This document shows, piece after piece, positions 47,737 to 58,638 of a stretch of 64,000 bases of DNA. The position numbers and the translations under genes were made by a program. The notes under the pieces are model-generated. The model saw nothing but the letters and a program-made list of their open reading frames with translations. It ran no database searches and had not been told where the DNA came from. How positions within the stretch are numbered: the first letter of the stretch is position 1; every line of letters begins with the position of its first letter. Origin of the DNA: Longimicrobiales bacterium (GTDB taxonomy: Bacteria; Gemmatimonadota; Gemmatimonadetes; Longimicrobiales; Gaopeijiaceae); assembly GCA_963422615.1 (NCBI GenBank), contig OY730414.1:1178001-1242000 (forward strand). Direction: 5' to 3'.

Positions 47737-49062
47737 ATGAAAACAACACACAACAAGGTCTTGCCGGTTGTCCTGGCGGCCGGGATGGGGCTCCTGGGTC
47801 CGGTCGCGTGTGACACCGACCAGCTCCTCGAGGTCGTTGACCCCGACCTCGTGACTCCGGAAAATCTGCAGGGAGCCAAGGGGGCGGAGCTCTACTGGGC
47901 CGGAGCGGTGGGCCTCTTCGGTAGCGCTTTTTCCAGTGGCGGCGGGGGTCAGGCGGTCTACTCGGGGATGCTGGCCGACGAGTTCCATCTCTCGGGCACG
48001 TTCCCCACCCGCAACCAAGTGGATCGTCGGGAGATGGACGATCGCAACGGGACCCTTCTGGGTCAGTACCGTTCCCTGCACCGAGCCCGGGTGGGCACGA
48101 AGAATGCCGCTCAGCGGCTGGAGGAGTTGTTGCCGGGGGACAGTCGCATCGCGGAAATGTGGAACCTCAACGGCTACGCCAACCTGTTTTTTGCCGAGCA
48201 CTACTGCTCCGGAGTTCCCTTCAGCGATACGCCCAACGAGGGCGACATCGTGTACGGTAAGCAGGCGACAACGGCGGAGATGCTGGACGCCGCTTCGGGG
48301 AGCTTCGATGCCGCCGCCAGCGCTTCGGCGGGCGACGCCGACCAAGCCCACCTTGCGGCCGTCGGATTGGGGCGCGTCCACCAGAACCGGGGGGATTACG
48401 CTGCGGCCGCCGCAGCCGTGGCAGGGGTTCCCGACGATTGGACGTACAGCATCCGCAGCAAGGCGGGGGGCACGTTCGGGCAGCGCAACGCGATCTTCGA
48501 GATGAACCACACTCAGCGCCGCTGGTCCCTGTCGGATCGGGAAGGGGGAAACGGAGTGACGTTCCGCTCCGGGGCGGACAGCCGGGTGCCGTGGAAAGAC
48601 TCAGGGGGCACCGGTTTCGACGAAGAGACCCCGCTATACCTTCAGCTGAAGTACGGTTCGTCAGAAGCCGACGTCGTGTTGGGGAGTGGCATTGAAGCCA
48701 GGCTCATCCGGGCTGAACACGAAATCGCCTCGGGCGGGCCCTGGCTCAAGACCCTGAATGGATTGCGGGCGGGGGTAGGCTTGCCCGCCCTTGCCGACCC
48801 GGGGACGGAAAGTGCCCGCATAGATCTGCTCTTTGACGAGCGGGCCCGCTGGCTCTTCGGGACCGCCCACCGGCTGGGCGACTTGAGACGCCTTGTCCGT
48901 CAGTACGGTCGATCCCAGGAGGCCGTCTTCCCGGCAGGCGACTTCTTCAAGGGCGGCGCCTACGGTTCCGACGTGAACTTCCCGATTCCGTTCGAGGAGC
49001 ACGAAAACGAGGCGCTTTCGGGCCTCGAGGGACGGCCGGTCTGCCTGAATCGGGCGGCGTAA
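47737..49062 (+). CDS. SusD/RagB-like lipoprotein
   Basis: Lipobox PVAC; EARLIRAE, ERARWLF...RLGDLRR, FPIP motifs; follows the SusC-like gene. Confidence 0.9.
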   Translation: MKTTHNKVLPVVLAAGMGLLGPVACDTDQLLEVVDPDLVTPENLQGAKGAELYWAGAVGLFGSAFSSGGGGQAVYSGMLADEFHLSGTFPTRNQVDRREMDDRNGTLLGQYRSLHRARVGTKNAAQRLEELLPGDSRIAEMWNLNGYANLFFAEHYCSGVPFSDTPNEGDIVYGKQATTAEMLDAASGSFDAAASASAGDADQAHLAAVGLGRVHQNRGDYAAAAAAVAGVPDDWTYSIRSKAGGTFGQRNAIFEMNHTQRRWSLSDREGGNGVTFRSGADSRVPWKDSGGTGFDEETPLYLQLKYGSSEADVVLGSGIEARLIRAEHEIASGGPWLKTLNGLRAGVGLPALADPGTESARIDLLFDERARWLFGTAHRLGDLRRLVRQYGRSQEAVFPAGDFFKGGAYGSDVNFPIPFEEHENEALSGLEGRPVCLNRAA

Positions 49063-49102
49063 ACACAAGTAGGCGTAACGCATATAGAGGAATCGCCGGC
49101 TA

Positions 49103-49142
49103 CAAGGTCCGGGGTGGAGGTCACACCCCACCCCGGACCTTG
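49103..49142. terminator. 15-bp perfect hairpin between convergent genes
   Basis: caaggtccggggtgg-N10-ccaccccggaccttg; no clear U-tract. Confidence 0.6.
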
Positions 49143-49247
49143 GGCCTGCGAGAGGCGCCGGGGAGGCGCTCACGATTCCCTCCAAGGGGGAGGGCCGCTA
49201 CGAGGGAAGGGGCGCCCCTTTCTGGAGGGATCAGGCTCGCGAGAAGT

Positions 49248-49703
49248 TCAGTTGAGTTGTGGCCCAGCCTCGGGTTCCTTCGCGCCCCGGGTGCGGATCA
49301 GGATCACCCCGTCGCCCGCGTTCGTGCCGTAGCGAGTCGTTGCCTGGACCCCGTTGAGCACCTGGATCCGCTCGATATCGTGGGCGGGGAGGGAAGCGAG
49401 AATGCGCACATCCACGACCCGAACCCGATCGATATAGATCGGCATATCCTCGTTCAGTACAAGGCTTGAAGCGCCCCGGCGACGGATCCGTTCCGGAGAC
49501 CCGGTACCGGATTCCTGAAAGCGCGCGTAGCGCACCGTTCTGCGCAGGGCCTCCCACATCGTCTTCGCTTCGGAGTCAGCGATCTGCGCTTCCGTAATGA
49601 TCCTGCCCTCTTGCGCGTCTGGAACGTTGGCCCGAGTGCGGATTCCGCACGCACTGATCAGCAAGACGACGACCGCCAGAATCAAGCGGGGATGCCGCTT
49701 CAT
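49248..49703 (-). CDS. small lipoprotein with a TonB-dependent receptor plug domain
   Basis: Lipobox ISAC; DIERIQVL...ATTRYG....GVILIRT. Confidence 0.85.
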   Translation of the reverse strand: MKRHPRLILAVVVLLISACGIRTRANVPDAQEGRIITEAQIADSEAKTMWEALRRTVRYARFQESGTGSPERIRRRGASSLVLNEDMPIYIDRVRVVDVRILASLPAHDIERIQVLNGVQATTRYGTNAGDGVILIRTRGAKEPEAGPQLN

Positions 49704-49740
49704 CGTCCCCCATCGCGTCCGGATCTGCTCGGTTTTGTCC

Positions 49741-51813
49741 CTATCGGTCCATCGTGATCTTCGGGGCCCCGCCGTGCTCCTCGAACCACTTCATCAGGTA
49801 CAGCTGGGTCCTCATGAAGTTCGAGGGCTTGGAGCTGGTTCCGTGGTATTCGTCGTGGAAGCGGAGCATCTTGGTCGGCACCCCCAGTTGCTTCAGGGCC
49901 TGGTAGTACTCTTCCGTCTGGGCCATGGGGGTTCGCAGGTCCAGCTCTCCGGTCATGAGGATCGTCGGGGTCGTGACGTTTTCGACGTACATCAGCGGCG
50001 AATGTTCCAGGTACTTCTCCGGGTTGTCCCACGGATAGCCATGGTATCGGTAGTACCCCCAGACGGTGATGTCGGCCGTGCCCGCAAAGCTCATCCAGTT
50101 GATCACGGGGCATCGAACGCCGGCCGCTGCGAACCGGGTGGTGTGACCGATCACCCAGCTGGACAGGACCCCGCCGCCGCTGCAGCCGGTCACGTACATC
50201 TGGTCCTCGTTGATGTATCCCCGCTCCAACAGGGCGTCCACACCGGCCATCAGATCGTCGTAGTCAACGGATGGGTAGCCGTTGTCGATGGCGTTTCCGA
50301 AGTCGGTTCCGTAGCCTGTGCTCCCCCGGGGGTTCGTGTAGAGGGTGACGTATCCGTTGGCGGCAAAGTTCTGGTACGGATAGCTGAAAGAGACGTTGTA
50401 CATCCCGTGGGGACCGCCGTGGATGTGGAGGATGAGGGGGTAGCGCCGGGTGGGTTCGAAGTCCGGGGGCTTCACGATCCATCCCTGCACGCGGGTTCCC
50501 CCGGTGGATTCGTACCAGATCTCTTCCACCTCCCCCAGCCTCTTTCCCGCGAGAACATCCGCGTTGACCCGAGTGAGCTGCCGGATCTCTCCCGGACGGC
50601 TCAGATCAAAGGCCACCACATCGCCCGGTTCGTGGGGGGACGAACGGGTTCCGGTCGCGAGGCCGCCCGTTGCGACGGACGCCAGGGACAGCATGTGGCC
50701 GCCCTCCGTGACCTGCCGGACTTCGCCCGAAAGGCTTGCGTGGTGGACATTCGTCGTGCCCTGGTCCCCGGCGGTGAAGAAGACGCCCCGGGAATCCTCC
50801 GCCCAGTGCAGGCTTCCCACGTCCCGGTCCAGGGTGGCGGAAAGAAGACGCGGATTGCCGCCGTCCACGTCCATCACGTAGAGGTCGGTTGTCTTGTACG
50901 TCTGGGAAGTCCAGGGATATCCCGCGTAGGCGATCCTGCGGCCGTCGGGCGAAATGGCGGGACGCGCCCACGGGCCCCGCTCCCTCGTGAGCTGATCGAT
51001 GTCCCCCGTAGCCAGGTTCATCGCGTAGATGTGGGATTCGCGGTAGCGGCCGTCCCCGTCTTCTTCCATGAGGCCATCGAAGATGAGGACGCGGCCATCG
51101 GGAGACAGGTCGTACCCTACGTTCCCCACGCCGGGAACGAAGGTGGCGCCGGCGTTCCAGGGGCCACGGGTCAGCTGGCGGGCATTCCCGCCGTCGCTGG
51201 AGACCCGGAAGAGGTGGGTGAAGCCCTCGTCCAGGAACCCGATCCGGTCGAAACGGTAGTGGATTCGGTCAATGATCCGGGGCGGGGCGGTCCACGCTGC
51301 GCCTTCGGGGGCCGGGGGGAGGTCGATGGGCCAGGGGTCCTTGTGGGGAACGAACCGCTGGAAGTAGATGTGCGCACCGTCCGGGGACCACTGGAAGTTG
51401 GACGGAGCTTCCGTTTCCCGAGTGACCTGGCTGGTGGCTCCCTCCGCGTCCATCCAGCGAACGAAGATCTGGGTCCCTTCGGGCTCCCCCGGCGCGAGGA
51501 AAGCAATGCGAGTGCCGTCGGGGGACCACCGGGGGCTGGACCCTTCCAGCAGAAAACGCTTTCGTCCGCCGTCGGCGTCCATGACCCAAAGGGAAGACTT
51601 GAAACGGTCTTCCAGTTTGTCGACCCAAGCCCGCGTGTACACGATACGGCTTCCGTCCGGGGAGATCTGCGGGTCCGACACCCGTTCCATGTCCAGGTAG
51701 TGGCCGACGGTGAGCAGGTCGACCGCCGGAATTTCCTGGGCGGGCGCCACCGTCGTCATCCCGAGACCGGCAGCCAAGAAAACGGCGAAGCCCACGGCAA
51801 CCTTGATTTTCAT
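49741..51813 (-). CDS. S9 family peptidase
   Basis: Signal peptide, WSPDG propeller repeats, IHGGPH, GCSGGG nucleophile, DLR, EYH; ATG 51813 with AGGAGG upstream. Confidence 0.93.
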   Translation of the reverse strand: MKIKVAVGFAVFLAAGLGMTTVAPAQEIPAVDLLTVGHYLDMERVSDPQISPDGSRIVYTRAWVDKLEDRFKSSLWVMDADGGRKRFLLEGSSPRWSPDGTRIAFLAPGEPEGTQIFVRWMDAEGATSQVTRETEAPSNFQWSPDGAHIYFQRFVPHKDPWPIDLPPAPEGAAWTAPPRIIDRIHYRFDRIGFLDEGFTHLFRVSSDGGNARQLTRGPWNAGATFVPGVGNVGYDLSPDGRVLIFDGLMEEDGDGRYRESHIYAMNLATGDIDQLTRERGPWARPAISPDGRRIAYAGYPWTSQTYKTTDLYVMDVDGGNPRLLSATLDRDVGSLHWAEDSRGVFFTAGDQGTTNVHHASLSGEVRQVTEGGHMLSLASVATGGLATGTRSSPHEPGDVVAFDLSRPGEIRQLTRVNADVLAGKRLGEVEEIWYESTGGTRVQGWIVKPPDFEPTRRYPLILHIHGGPHGMYNVSFSYPYQNFAANGYVTLYTNPRGSTGYGTDFGNAIDNGYPSVDYDDLMAGVDALLERGYINEDQMYVTGCSGGGVLSSWVIGHTTRFAAAGVRCPVINWMSFAGTADITVWGYYRYHGYPWDNPEKYLEHSPLMYVENVTTPTILMTGELDLRTPMAQTEEYYQALKQLGVPTKMLRFHDEYHGTSSKPSNFMRTQLYLMKWFEEHGGAPKITMDR

Positions 51814-52071
51814 CCATGCCTCCTGTCGCATTGCGTTTGTTTCTTTTGATCGGCCGCCATTGCGCACCGCCTTATCCATGCGGTCGCACCGGTCCATATT
51901 ATCGCCCCAGTCGACATATTGCGAGGCGATCCCACCCCCAAGGCGCGACCTTGACCCCGCGAGGATTCTCGCACTCCTTGGACCCAAGTGGCCCCGGTTC
52001 CGCGGCCCCTGGGGACTTCCGGGACGCGGGCGGCCTCGGCGCCCGAACCCCCAGAAATCCGTCGCCCGAAA

Positions 52072-52983
52072 TTGAACGTTCATCTTGTGGATGGCACGGC
52101 AGAGCTGTTCCGGTACCACTTCGGGATGCCGCCTGCGACCGATCGGCACGGCCGTCCTTGTGGAGCCATTCGGGGGGTGTTGTCCTCCCTCCTCTCCATG
52201 TTGGAGTCCGGAGCGACCCATGTGGCAGTGGCGACGGATCACGTCATCGAGTCCTTTCGCAACGACTTGTGGCCCGGATACAAGACCTCCGCCGGAATCG
52301 AACCGGCCCTTTTGGCCCAGTTCCACCCCCTGGAAGACGCCCTGCGGGAGATGGGCGTTCGGGTGTGGCCCATGAGAGAGCTGGAAGCGGACGACGGACT
52401 GGCGTCGGGAACGGCCCGGGCGGCCCGCGACCCCCGGGTGGACGTCGTGTATATCTGCACCCCCGACAAAGACCTGTCCCAGTGTGTCAAAGGGGACCGG
52501 GTGGTCCAGTGGGACCGGAGAAAGGGAGAGATTCGCAACGAGCAGGGGGTCAGAAAAAAATTCGGCGTACCCCCAGCGAGTATTCCGGACTACCTGGCCC
52601 TGGTCGGGGATAGCGCCGATGGCTTCCCGGGACTTCCCGGCTGGGGCGCGAAGTCCACCGCGACGGTTCTGGCCCGCTACGGACACTTGGAAAACATCCC
52701 GGCTCGGGCTCGGCTGTGGGAGGTTGACCTCCGGGGGGCTCTGCGTCTTGCCAGGGTCCTTCGCCAGGGACGAGCCGACGCCCTCCTCTTTCGTGACTTG
52801 GCGACCCTTCGAGACGATGCGGTGCTCTTTGAGGACGTGGCGGAGCTGGAGTGGCGGGGACCGGCCCGCGGTTTTCGGGAGGTCTCCGCAAGCTTGGGCG
52901 TACCCGGACTGTCCCTTCGGGCGGAGCGGCTCCGGGAAGTCAGGACCCGATCGTCTCCACCGTCTTCAGGATCCAGTTCGTGA
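52072..52983 (+). CDS. stand-alone 5'-3' exonuclease / flap endonuclease
   Basis: HLVDGT, EADD, TPDKD and LVGDSADGFPGLPGWGAKST (H3TH) motifs. Confidence 0.93.
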   Translation: MNVHLVDGTAELFRYHFGMPPATDRHGRPCGAIRGVLSSLLSMLESGATHVAVATDHVIESFRNDLWPGYKTSAGIEPALLAQFHPLEDALREMGVRVWPMRELEADDGLASGTARAARDPRVDVVYICTPDKDLSQCVKGDRVVQWDRRKGEIRNEQGVRKKFGVPPASIPDYLALVGDSADGFPGLPGWGAKSTATVLARYGHLENIPARARLWEVDLRGALRLARVLRQGRADALLFRDLATLRDDAVLFEDVAELEWRGPARGFREVSASLGVPGLSLRAERLREVRTRSSPPSSGSSS

Positions 52984-54427
52984 TGAGCTCCATCGACGCC
53001 ACGGACCACGTCTCGTCGATCTCCTGGTACTCGTTCGGGGCCCCGGTTTCGGCGTGCTGGAAGAGGTGGTTGTGGTCCGGGAGGGCGTGGATTTCGTAGC
53101 GGGTGTTCCCGCCCCGTTTCAGGGCCGCCTCGATTTCTCGAAGGTTCTCCTCGTGCGGGACCTGAAGGTCCTTTTCCCCGGTGACGGCCAAAACGGGCAC
53201 GGTGACCTGTTCAATCACCGCCGCGGGATCATGGACCAGGAAATAGCGAAACCACGGTGAATTGATCGCCTGTACCTGGGTGGCCACCACGCGCTCCAGG
53301 GAGGCTTCGTCCGTGACCCCGGCCTGGACCCGCTCTTCTTCTGTGACTTCTTTCAGCTGGGCGCGCACGTAATCGCCGATTTCCCGGGCCGCCACTTCCG
53401 GGTCCGCTTCTCTCTTCACGATCTCGAAGATGACCCGCTGTTGTTCCGTGTTTTCTGCGATTTTCTCTTCTGGCACGCCGTTCGCCCTCAAAATCAAGGC
53501 ACTTTGCGTGTACAGGATCCGTTCGCCGTTCACCCCCGGGGCGGCCATGAGGACGATATAGCTCACGTCTTCGGACTCCACCGCGACCATGGGCGCGATC
53601 AAGCCTCCTTCCGAGTGTCCCGCGAGTCCGATCTTGCGCTGCTTCACGTCTTCCCGAGTCGTCAGGTACGCCACGCCGGCCAGCACATCGGAGGCAAAGT
53701 CCCTGGAAGTGGCCGAATCGAAATCCCCCTTCGACTCCCCCACGCCCCGGTCGTCGAAGCGCAAGACCGCGATTCCGTTTCTCGTCAGGTGGTCCGACAA
53801 CACCAGAAAGGGCCGATGTCCCACCAGCGCTTCGTTCCGGTCCTGAGGACCGGATCCCGAGATCAGGACCACGGCCGGGAAGGGCCCGCCTTCGGTGGGC
53901 CGGGTAAAGGTGCCCGCCAGGGTGTGGCCGCCGTCGGGATTCGAGTAGGCGACCTCTTCCGAGTGGTAGGGGAGGGGCTCTTCCGGGTCCTGGGGCCGCC
54001 TGGAGCGGGCCGCGACTTCCTCTTCGGAGGTCCGCTCCAGCACCAGGGGCAAGGTGTTCCCTCTCTGGGTGAACGACCCCTCGATGGTATCGCCGTCGTC
54101 GGCCAGGGTCCCTTCGAAGGATACGCCGATGGCCGGGATGGACATGGAAAGCGTGGCCCCGATGGCCTGGATGGTCTCCACGGCAGACTCGGCGTTGCCT
54201 TGGTCCAGCGAAACCAGGGTCGCGGTCAGACCGCCGTCCTCTTCGCGCACGCGGAAGAGCAGCCGGAGCTTGATGTCCGTTCCCGGTATCTCCAGGGTGC
54301 CGATCCAGTGCCCGACGAAGCTCTCACCATTCTGGACCGGGTCCGGCACCTGGGCGTCCGCCCCGCTTCCGCCACCCAGCGGCGCCACCCCGATCACGAT
54401 TGCCGACAGGACAAACATTTTCCTCAC
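52940..54427 (-). CDS. secreted alpha/beta fold hydrolase
   Basis: ISGSGPQDRNE, LRFDDRGVG, GHSEGG, KDLQV, NHLFQ; GTG 54427 with AGGAGG upstream. Confidence 0.92.
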   Translation of the reverse strand: MRKMFVLSAIVIGVAPLGGGSGADAQVPDPVQNGESFVGHWIGTLEIPGTDIKLRLLFRVREEDGGLTATLVSLDQGNAESAVETIQAIGATLSMSIPAIGVSFEGTLADDGDTIEGSFTQRGNTLPLVLERTSEEEVAARSRRPQDPEEPLPYHSEEVAYSNPDGGHTLAGTFTRPTEGGPFPAVVLISGSGPQDRNEALVGHRPFLVLSDHLTRNGIAVLRFDDRGVGESKGDFDSATSRDFASDVLAGVAYLTTREDVKQRKIGLAGHSEGGLIAPMVAVESEDVSYIVLMAAPGVNGERILYTQSALILRANGVPEEKIAENTEQQRVIFEIVKREADPEVAAREIGDYVRAQLKEVTEEERVQAGVTDEASLERVVATQVQAINSPWFRYFLVHDPAAVIEQVTVPVLAVTGEKDLQVPHEENLREIEAALKRGGNTRYEIHALPDHNHLFQHAETGAPNEYQEIDETWSVASMELITNWILKTVETIGS

Positions 54428-54631
54428 GTCCGCTTCCTCCTTATGAGCGCGCAGTTGGGATGCCCCGCCGCCCGCGCATCGGGCGATCTGCACCCGGTAA
54501 GCATACGTAGCTGCCCCCCGGTTCCCTTTCAGCCCCCCGTTCAAAATAGGAAGACAGGATAGGAGAACAGGAACCGGGGCGCGGAAACTTCGCCCTCCCG
54601 GTTCGGGGCGGCACCCCCGGGGATTCCTGCA

Positions 54632-57600
54632 CTACACCCGCATCAGCCCCACGCGACCCGGGCCGAACACCGCCTCCAGATCCCGAAGGACCTCGGCGCT
54701 CGGGAAGACCTTCAGGGAACGGGACCTCATCCGGGGATTGGATGCCGAGGTCCCATTTCCATCCACGATGACCAGTTCGACAGGGGTGCCACCGACGTGG
54801 TCCTGGATGACCGCCCGGGCCTTCTTGAAGGCGTCCGCTGCCGGCTTCGAATCCCATTCCAACTGGATACGCACCGCAAGGCGCCCGCTGTCCGGCACCC
54901 GATCAAGGGGTTCGGCGGCGTCCAGAAACACGGGAGGGTCCTCTTCGTCGCGCTCCCGGTCGCTCACCTTGCCCGAGAGAAGGACCACGGCATCCGGGCG
55001 AAGCGTCTCCTTGCAAGACCGCCAAACCTCCTTGAACGCCAGGACCGTAGCCGTGCCGTGGAAGCCCTCGACGGTGATCTTCCCCCACTCGGATCCGTCG
55101 CGGCGCGAGATCTGGCGGGCCACCTTGGTGACCACGCAGGCCATCTCCACCGGCTTGCCCATCCGCTCTTTCAGAGAGGCGGAGCCGACTTCGTCGAAGA
55201 GGCGAACCACTTCCCGGTAGCGGTCCAAGGGATGCCCGGAGATGAAGAACCCGAGGGCCTCCTTCTCCCGGGCCAGGCGCTCCGACTCCTTCCACTCGGC
55301 GACGGAGGGAAGCTTGGGAGCCGGGCGGGCCGTGAGGCCTGCCGCGTCTCCGAAGAGCGACCCCTGTCCGGACTCGGCTTCCTCTTGGCGAGCTTGGACC
55401 TCCCCGTAGCCGGCATCCAGGCCACCGAAGAGCTGGGCCCGGGGGCCGAAGGAGTCCAGGGCGCCCGACGCGATCAAGGGCTCGCATGCCCGCTTGTTCA
55501 GGGCCCTGAGGTCAATCCGTTCCAAAAAGTCGAAGAGGCTGTCGAAGGGGCCGTCCTTCTCCCGGGCTGCCAAGATGGAACGGACGGCAGCGGCGCCGAC
55601 ACCCCGGACCGCGCCCAGTCCGAAGCGGATGGTTCCGGTGCTGACGACCGTGAACTTCCAGCCGCATTCGTTCACGTCGGGGGGAAGCACCTTCAAGCCG
55701 TCGTCCAACCCGGGGGCGTACCGGCCCACCTCCCGACACTCCCCGATGTACTTCACGACGTCTTCGGTCCGGTCCAGCACCGAAGAGAGGAGCGCGGCCA
55801 TGAATTCGGCGGGGTAGTGGCGTTTGAGCCACGCCGTCTGATAGGACAACAGGGAGTAGGCGGCCGAATGGGACTTGTTGAAGCCGTAGCGCCCGAAGGT
55901 CTCGATCTGGTCGGCCAGCTTTGCCGCGGCCACCCGGCCGAGACCCCGCTTGATCACCCGCTCCTTGAAGCGGCTCAGCTCCGCACGGATGAGGGCGGCG
56001 TCCTTCTTCCCCATGGCCTTGCGGAGCACGTCGGCCTCCCCCAGGGAGTAGCCTGCCAGGTCGCTGGCGATCCGCATCACCTGTTCCTGGTAGACGATGA
56101 TCCCGTACGTGGGCTCCAGGATCGACTCCAGGCCCGGCGCGGGATACGAAACGGGCTCCTTGCCGAGCTTTCGCCGGATGTACGCGTCGGTCATGCCCGA
56201 GTCCAGGGGGCCAGGACGGATCAGGGCGTTGGTGGCGACCAAGTCCTCGAATCGATCGCAGCGCATGGTCCGCAGCTTGTCCAGCGCCAAGTCGGACTCG
56301 AACTGGAACACCCCGGACGTGCCGCCCAAGGCCAGCATCCGATAGACCTCGGGGTCGTCCAGGGGCACATCGTCCATGGTGTCGGAGTCGAAAAGGCGCC
56401 CCGTTTCCGGGTGGCGGAACGCCCCCAGGCGACCCTTCACCGCCCGAACGGCGTCGTGGATCACCGTCAGGGTCTTGAGGCCCAGGAAGTCCATCTTGAG
56501 CATCCCGGCGTCTTCCAGGCTGTTCATGTCGTACTGGGTGACGATGTCCGGCTCGTCTTTGCCTACGCCCAACCGGAGGCCATCTCCCCCGTTCCGCTCT
56601 TTCCGTTGCCCCCGACCCTGGGTGCAGATGGGCACGTAGTCTTGCAGCGGTCCCGGTGCGATCACGACCCCGGCGGCGTGGACAGACGCATGGCGGGACA
56701 GGCCCTCCAGGGTCATGGCATAGTCGAAGAGCTGCTTGTACCGATCTTCAGAGCCGTACAGTGCCTTGACCTCCGAGATCCGCTTGACCGCCTGGGCTAC
56801 CGTGTAGCTCTGACCGGGCCGGTTGGGGATCATTTTTGCGATCCGGTCGGTCTCCCCGACCTCGAAGCCCAAGACGCGGCCCACATCCCGAATGACGGCC
56901 CGACTCTTCATTGTCCCGAAGGTGACGATCTGGCCGACGGCGTCTCTCCCGTACTTTCGGCGCACGTAATCGATCACCTCTCCCCGGCGCTCGTAGCAGA
57001 AGTCGATGTCGATGTCGGGCATCGAGATCCGCTCCGGATTGAGGAAACGCTCGAACAGGAGGCCGTGCTCGATCGGGTCCAGGTTCGTGATTCCCAAGGC
57101 GTAGGAGACGAGGGAGCCTGCCGCCGATCCACGACCTGGGCCCACCGGAATTCCGTTTTCCCGGGCCCAGCGAATGAAGTCCCAGGTGATGAGGAAGTAG
57201 CCGGCATACCCCGTCTCCAGGATCACCTCCAGCTCGTACCTGAGCCGCTTTTCCACTTCGGCTCCCAAGGGGGTTCCGTAGTGCTTCCTGGCCCCTTCCT
57301 CGGCTAGGTGCACCAGGTAGTGGTTGTCGTCGCCGAACCCTTCAGGAAGGGGGAAGCGGGGCAGGTGGTAGGTCCGTTCCAGGGACAGAGAGACCTCGTC
57401 GGCGATCTTCAAGGTGTTCTCGATCACATCGGGGCGATCCGGGAAGACGGCCGCCATTTCCTGGGGATCCTTGAAGTAGAGGCCGGCATCGTAGACCAGC
57501 CGGTCTTTGTCGTCTCTGTTCTTGGCCGTCCCGATGCACACGAGGATATCGTGGGCCCCGTGGTGGTCCTGCTGGAGGAAGTGGGCGTCGTTGGTGGCGA

Positions 57601-58204
57601 CCACGGGCAACCCCAGATGGGCGGCCAGTTCGAAGATCTGTCCGTTGAGCTCCGCTTGGCCCTGGGTTCCGTGGGCCTGAACCTCCAGGTAGTAGCGGTC
57701 CGGGAAGGCGTTGGCGTACCAATCGGCGACTTCCCGGGCTGCGTCGGTGTTCCCGGCCGCCAGGTGCCGGGCTACCTCTCCGGCCATGCAGGCGGAGGTC
57801 ACGATCAGCCCTTCTGAGTGGTGGGCCAGGGTCTCCCGGTCCAGGCGGGGATGATAGTAGAAGCCCTCCGTGTACCCGATGGAGGAAAGCTTCACCAAGT
57901 TGCGATAGCCTTGGGCATCCCGTGCGAGTACCACCAGGTGATACGCTGCCTGTCTCCCCTGGCCGGAGCGGGCCCGCTCCTTGCGGTCGCCGGGGGCCAC
58001 GTAGGCCTCCATCCCGATGATGGGTTTGACGCCTTGCTTCCGGGCCATTTTCTGGAAGCTCCAGGCGCCGTACATGCAGCCGTGGTCGGTCAGCGCCAGC
58101 GCCGGCATCTCGAACTGTTTTGCCGTCCTGATCAGGTCGGAGAGCCGGTTCGCGCCGTCCAGGAGGGAGTACTCGGAGTGGGTGTGGAGGTGAACGAAGG
58201 ACAC
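54632..58204 (-). CDS. dnaE: DNA polymerase III alpha subunit
   Basis: HLHTHSEYSLLDG, GRGSAAGS, PDIDIDF, YGFNKSHS motifs. Confidence 0.98.
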   Translation of the reverse strand: MSFVHLHTHSEYSLLDGANRLSDLIRTAKQFEMPALALTDHGCMYGAWSFQKMARKQGVKPIIGMEAYVAPGDRKERARSGQGRQAAYHLVVLARDAQGYRNLVKLSSIGYTEGFYYHPRLDRETLAHHSEGLIVTSACMAGEVARHLAAGNTDAAREVADWYANAFPDRYYLEVQAHGTQGQAELNGQIFELAAHLGLPVVATNDAHFLQQDHHGAHDILVCIGTAKNRDDKDRLVYDAGLYFKDPQEMAAVFPDRPDVIENTLKIADEVSLSLERTYHLPRFPLPEGFGDDNHYLVHLAEEGARKHYGTPLGAEVEKRLRYELEVILETGYAGYFLITWDFIRWARENGIPVGPGRGSAAGSLVSYALGITNLDPIEHGLLFERFLNPERISMPDIDIDFCYERRGEVIDYVRRKYGRDAVGQIVTFGTMKSRAVIRDVGRVLGFEVGETDRIAKMIPNRPGQSYTVAQAVKRISEVKALYGSEDRYKQLFDYAMTLEGLSRHASVHAAGVVIAPGPLQDYVPICTQGRGQRKERNGGDGLRLGVGKDEPDIVTQYDMNSLEDAGMLKMDFLGLKTLTVIHDAVRAVKGRLGAFRHPETGRLFDSDTMDDVPLDDPEVYRMLALGGTSGVFQFESDLALDKLRTMRCDRFEDLVATNALIRPGPLDSGMTDAYIRRKLGKEPVSYPAPGLESILEPTYGIIVYQEQVMRIASDLAGYSLGEADVLRKAMGKKDAALIRAELSRFKERVIKRGLGRVAAAKLADQIETFGRYGFNKSHSAAYSLLSYQTAWLKRHYPAEFMAALLSSVLDRTEDVVKYIGECREVGRYAPGLDDGLKVLPPDVNECGWKFTVVSTGTIRFGLGAVRGVGAAAVRSILAAREKDGPFDSLFDFLERIDLRALNKRACEPLIASGALDSFGPRAQLFGGLDAGYGEVQARQEEAESGQGSLFGDAAGLTARPAPKLPSVAEWKESERLAREKEALGFFISGHPLDRYREVVRLFDEVGSASLKERMGKPVEMACVVTKVARQISRRDGSEWGKITVEGFHGTATVLAFKEVWRSCKETLRPDAVVLLSGKVSDRERDEEDPPVFLDAAEPLDRVPDSGRLAVRIQLEWDSKPAADAFKKARAVIQDHVGGTPVELVIVDGNGTSASNPRMRSRSLKVFPSAEVLRDLEAVFGPGRVGLMRV

Positions 58205-58638
58205 GGTGGCGGGCTTCTCATCTCTTTAAGAGGACGGAAACGCTTGCTTCCGGGCAGGAGCTCGTTTCTTCCCGCTCCGGCTGGGGCTACCGAGTGTTCA
58301 TGGCCGCGGTTCGGGGACGCGGACAAGATCCAGGTCCGGACGCGGATTCCAAACAGATCGAATCCTTACCCAATGTACGGTGTTTCGCAACGTCCGGTGC
58401 GGCCCGGCATCCCTCTGGTGCCGCGGTACCCCGAAGGCCGGTTGCCGTGGGTCCGCGACGGGATCGTTCCCGGCGTCCGCGCAATCTTGCGGTACGACCT
58501 TGGAGAAGGCTATTGATAGGAATTGGCCCCGGATCCATCTGCCAAGAGGTTTTTCGATGCGGGATAGTTCAAGAAGATTCCCTTTGCCCGAGTGCATGCA
58601 GAATGCAATCAATGAAAGAATCGATCAAGAGGCGTCCC

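Noticed and set aside
49597..57307. Long plus-strand ORFs 49597..51849 and 54797..57307
   Set aside because: Antisense shadows of the S9 peptidase and dnaE.
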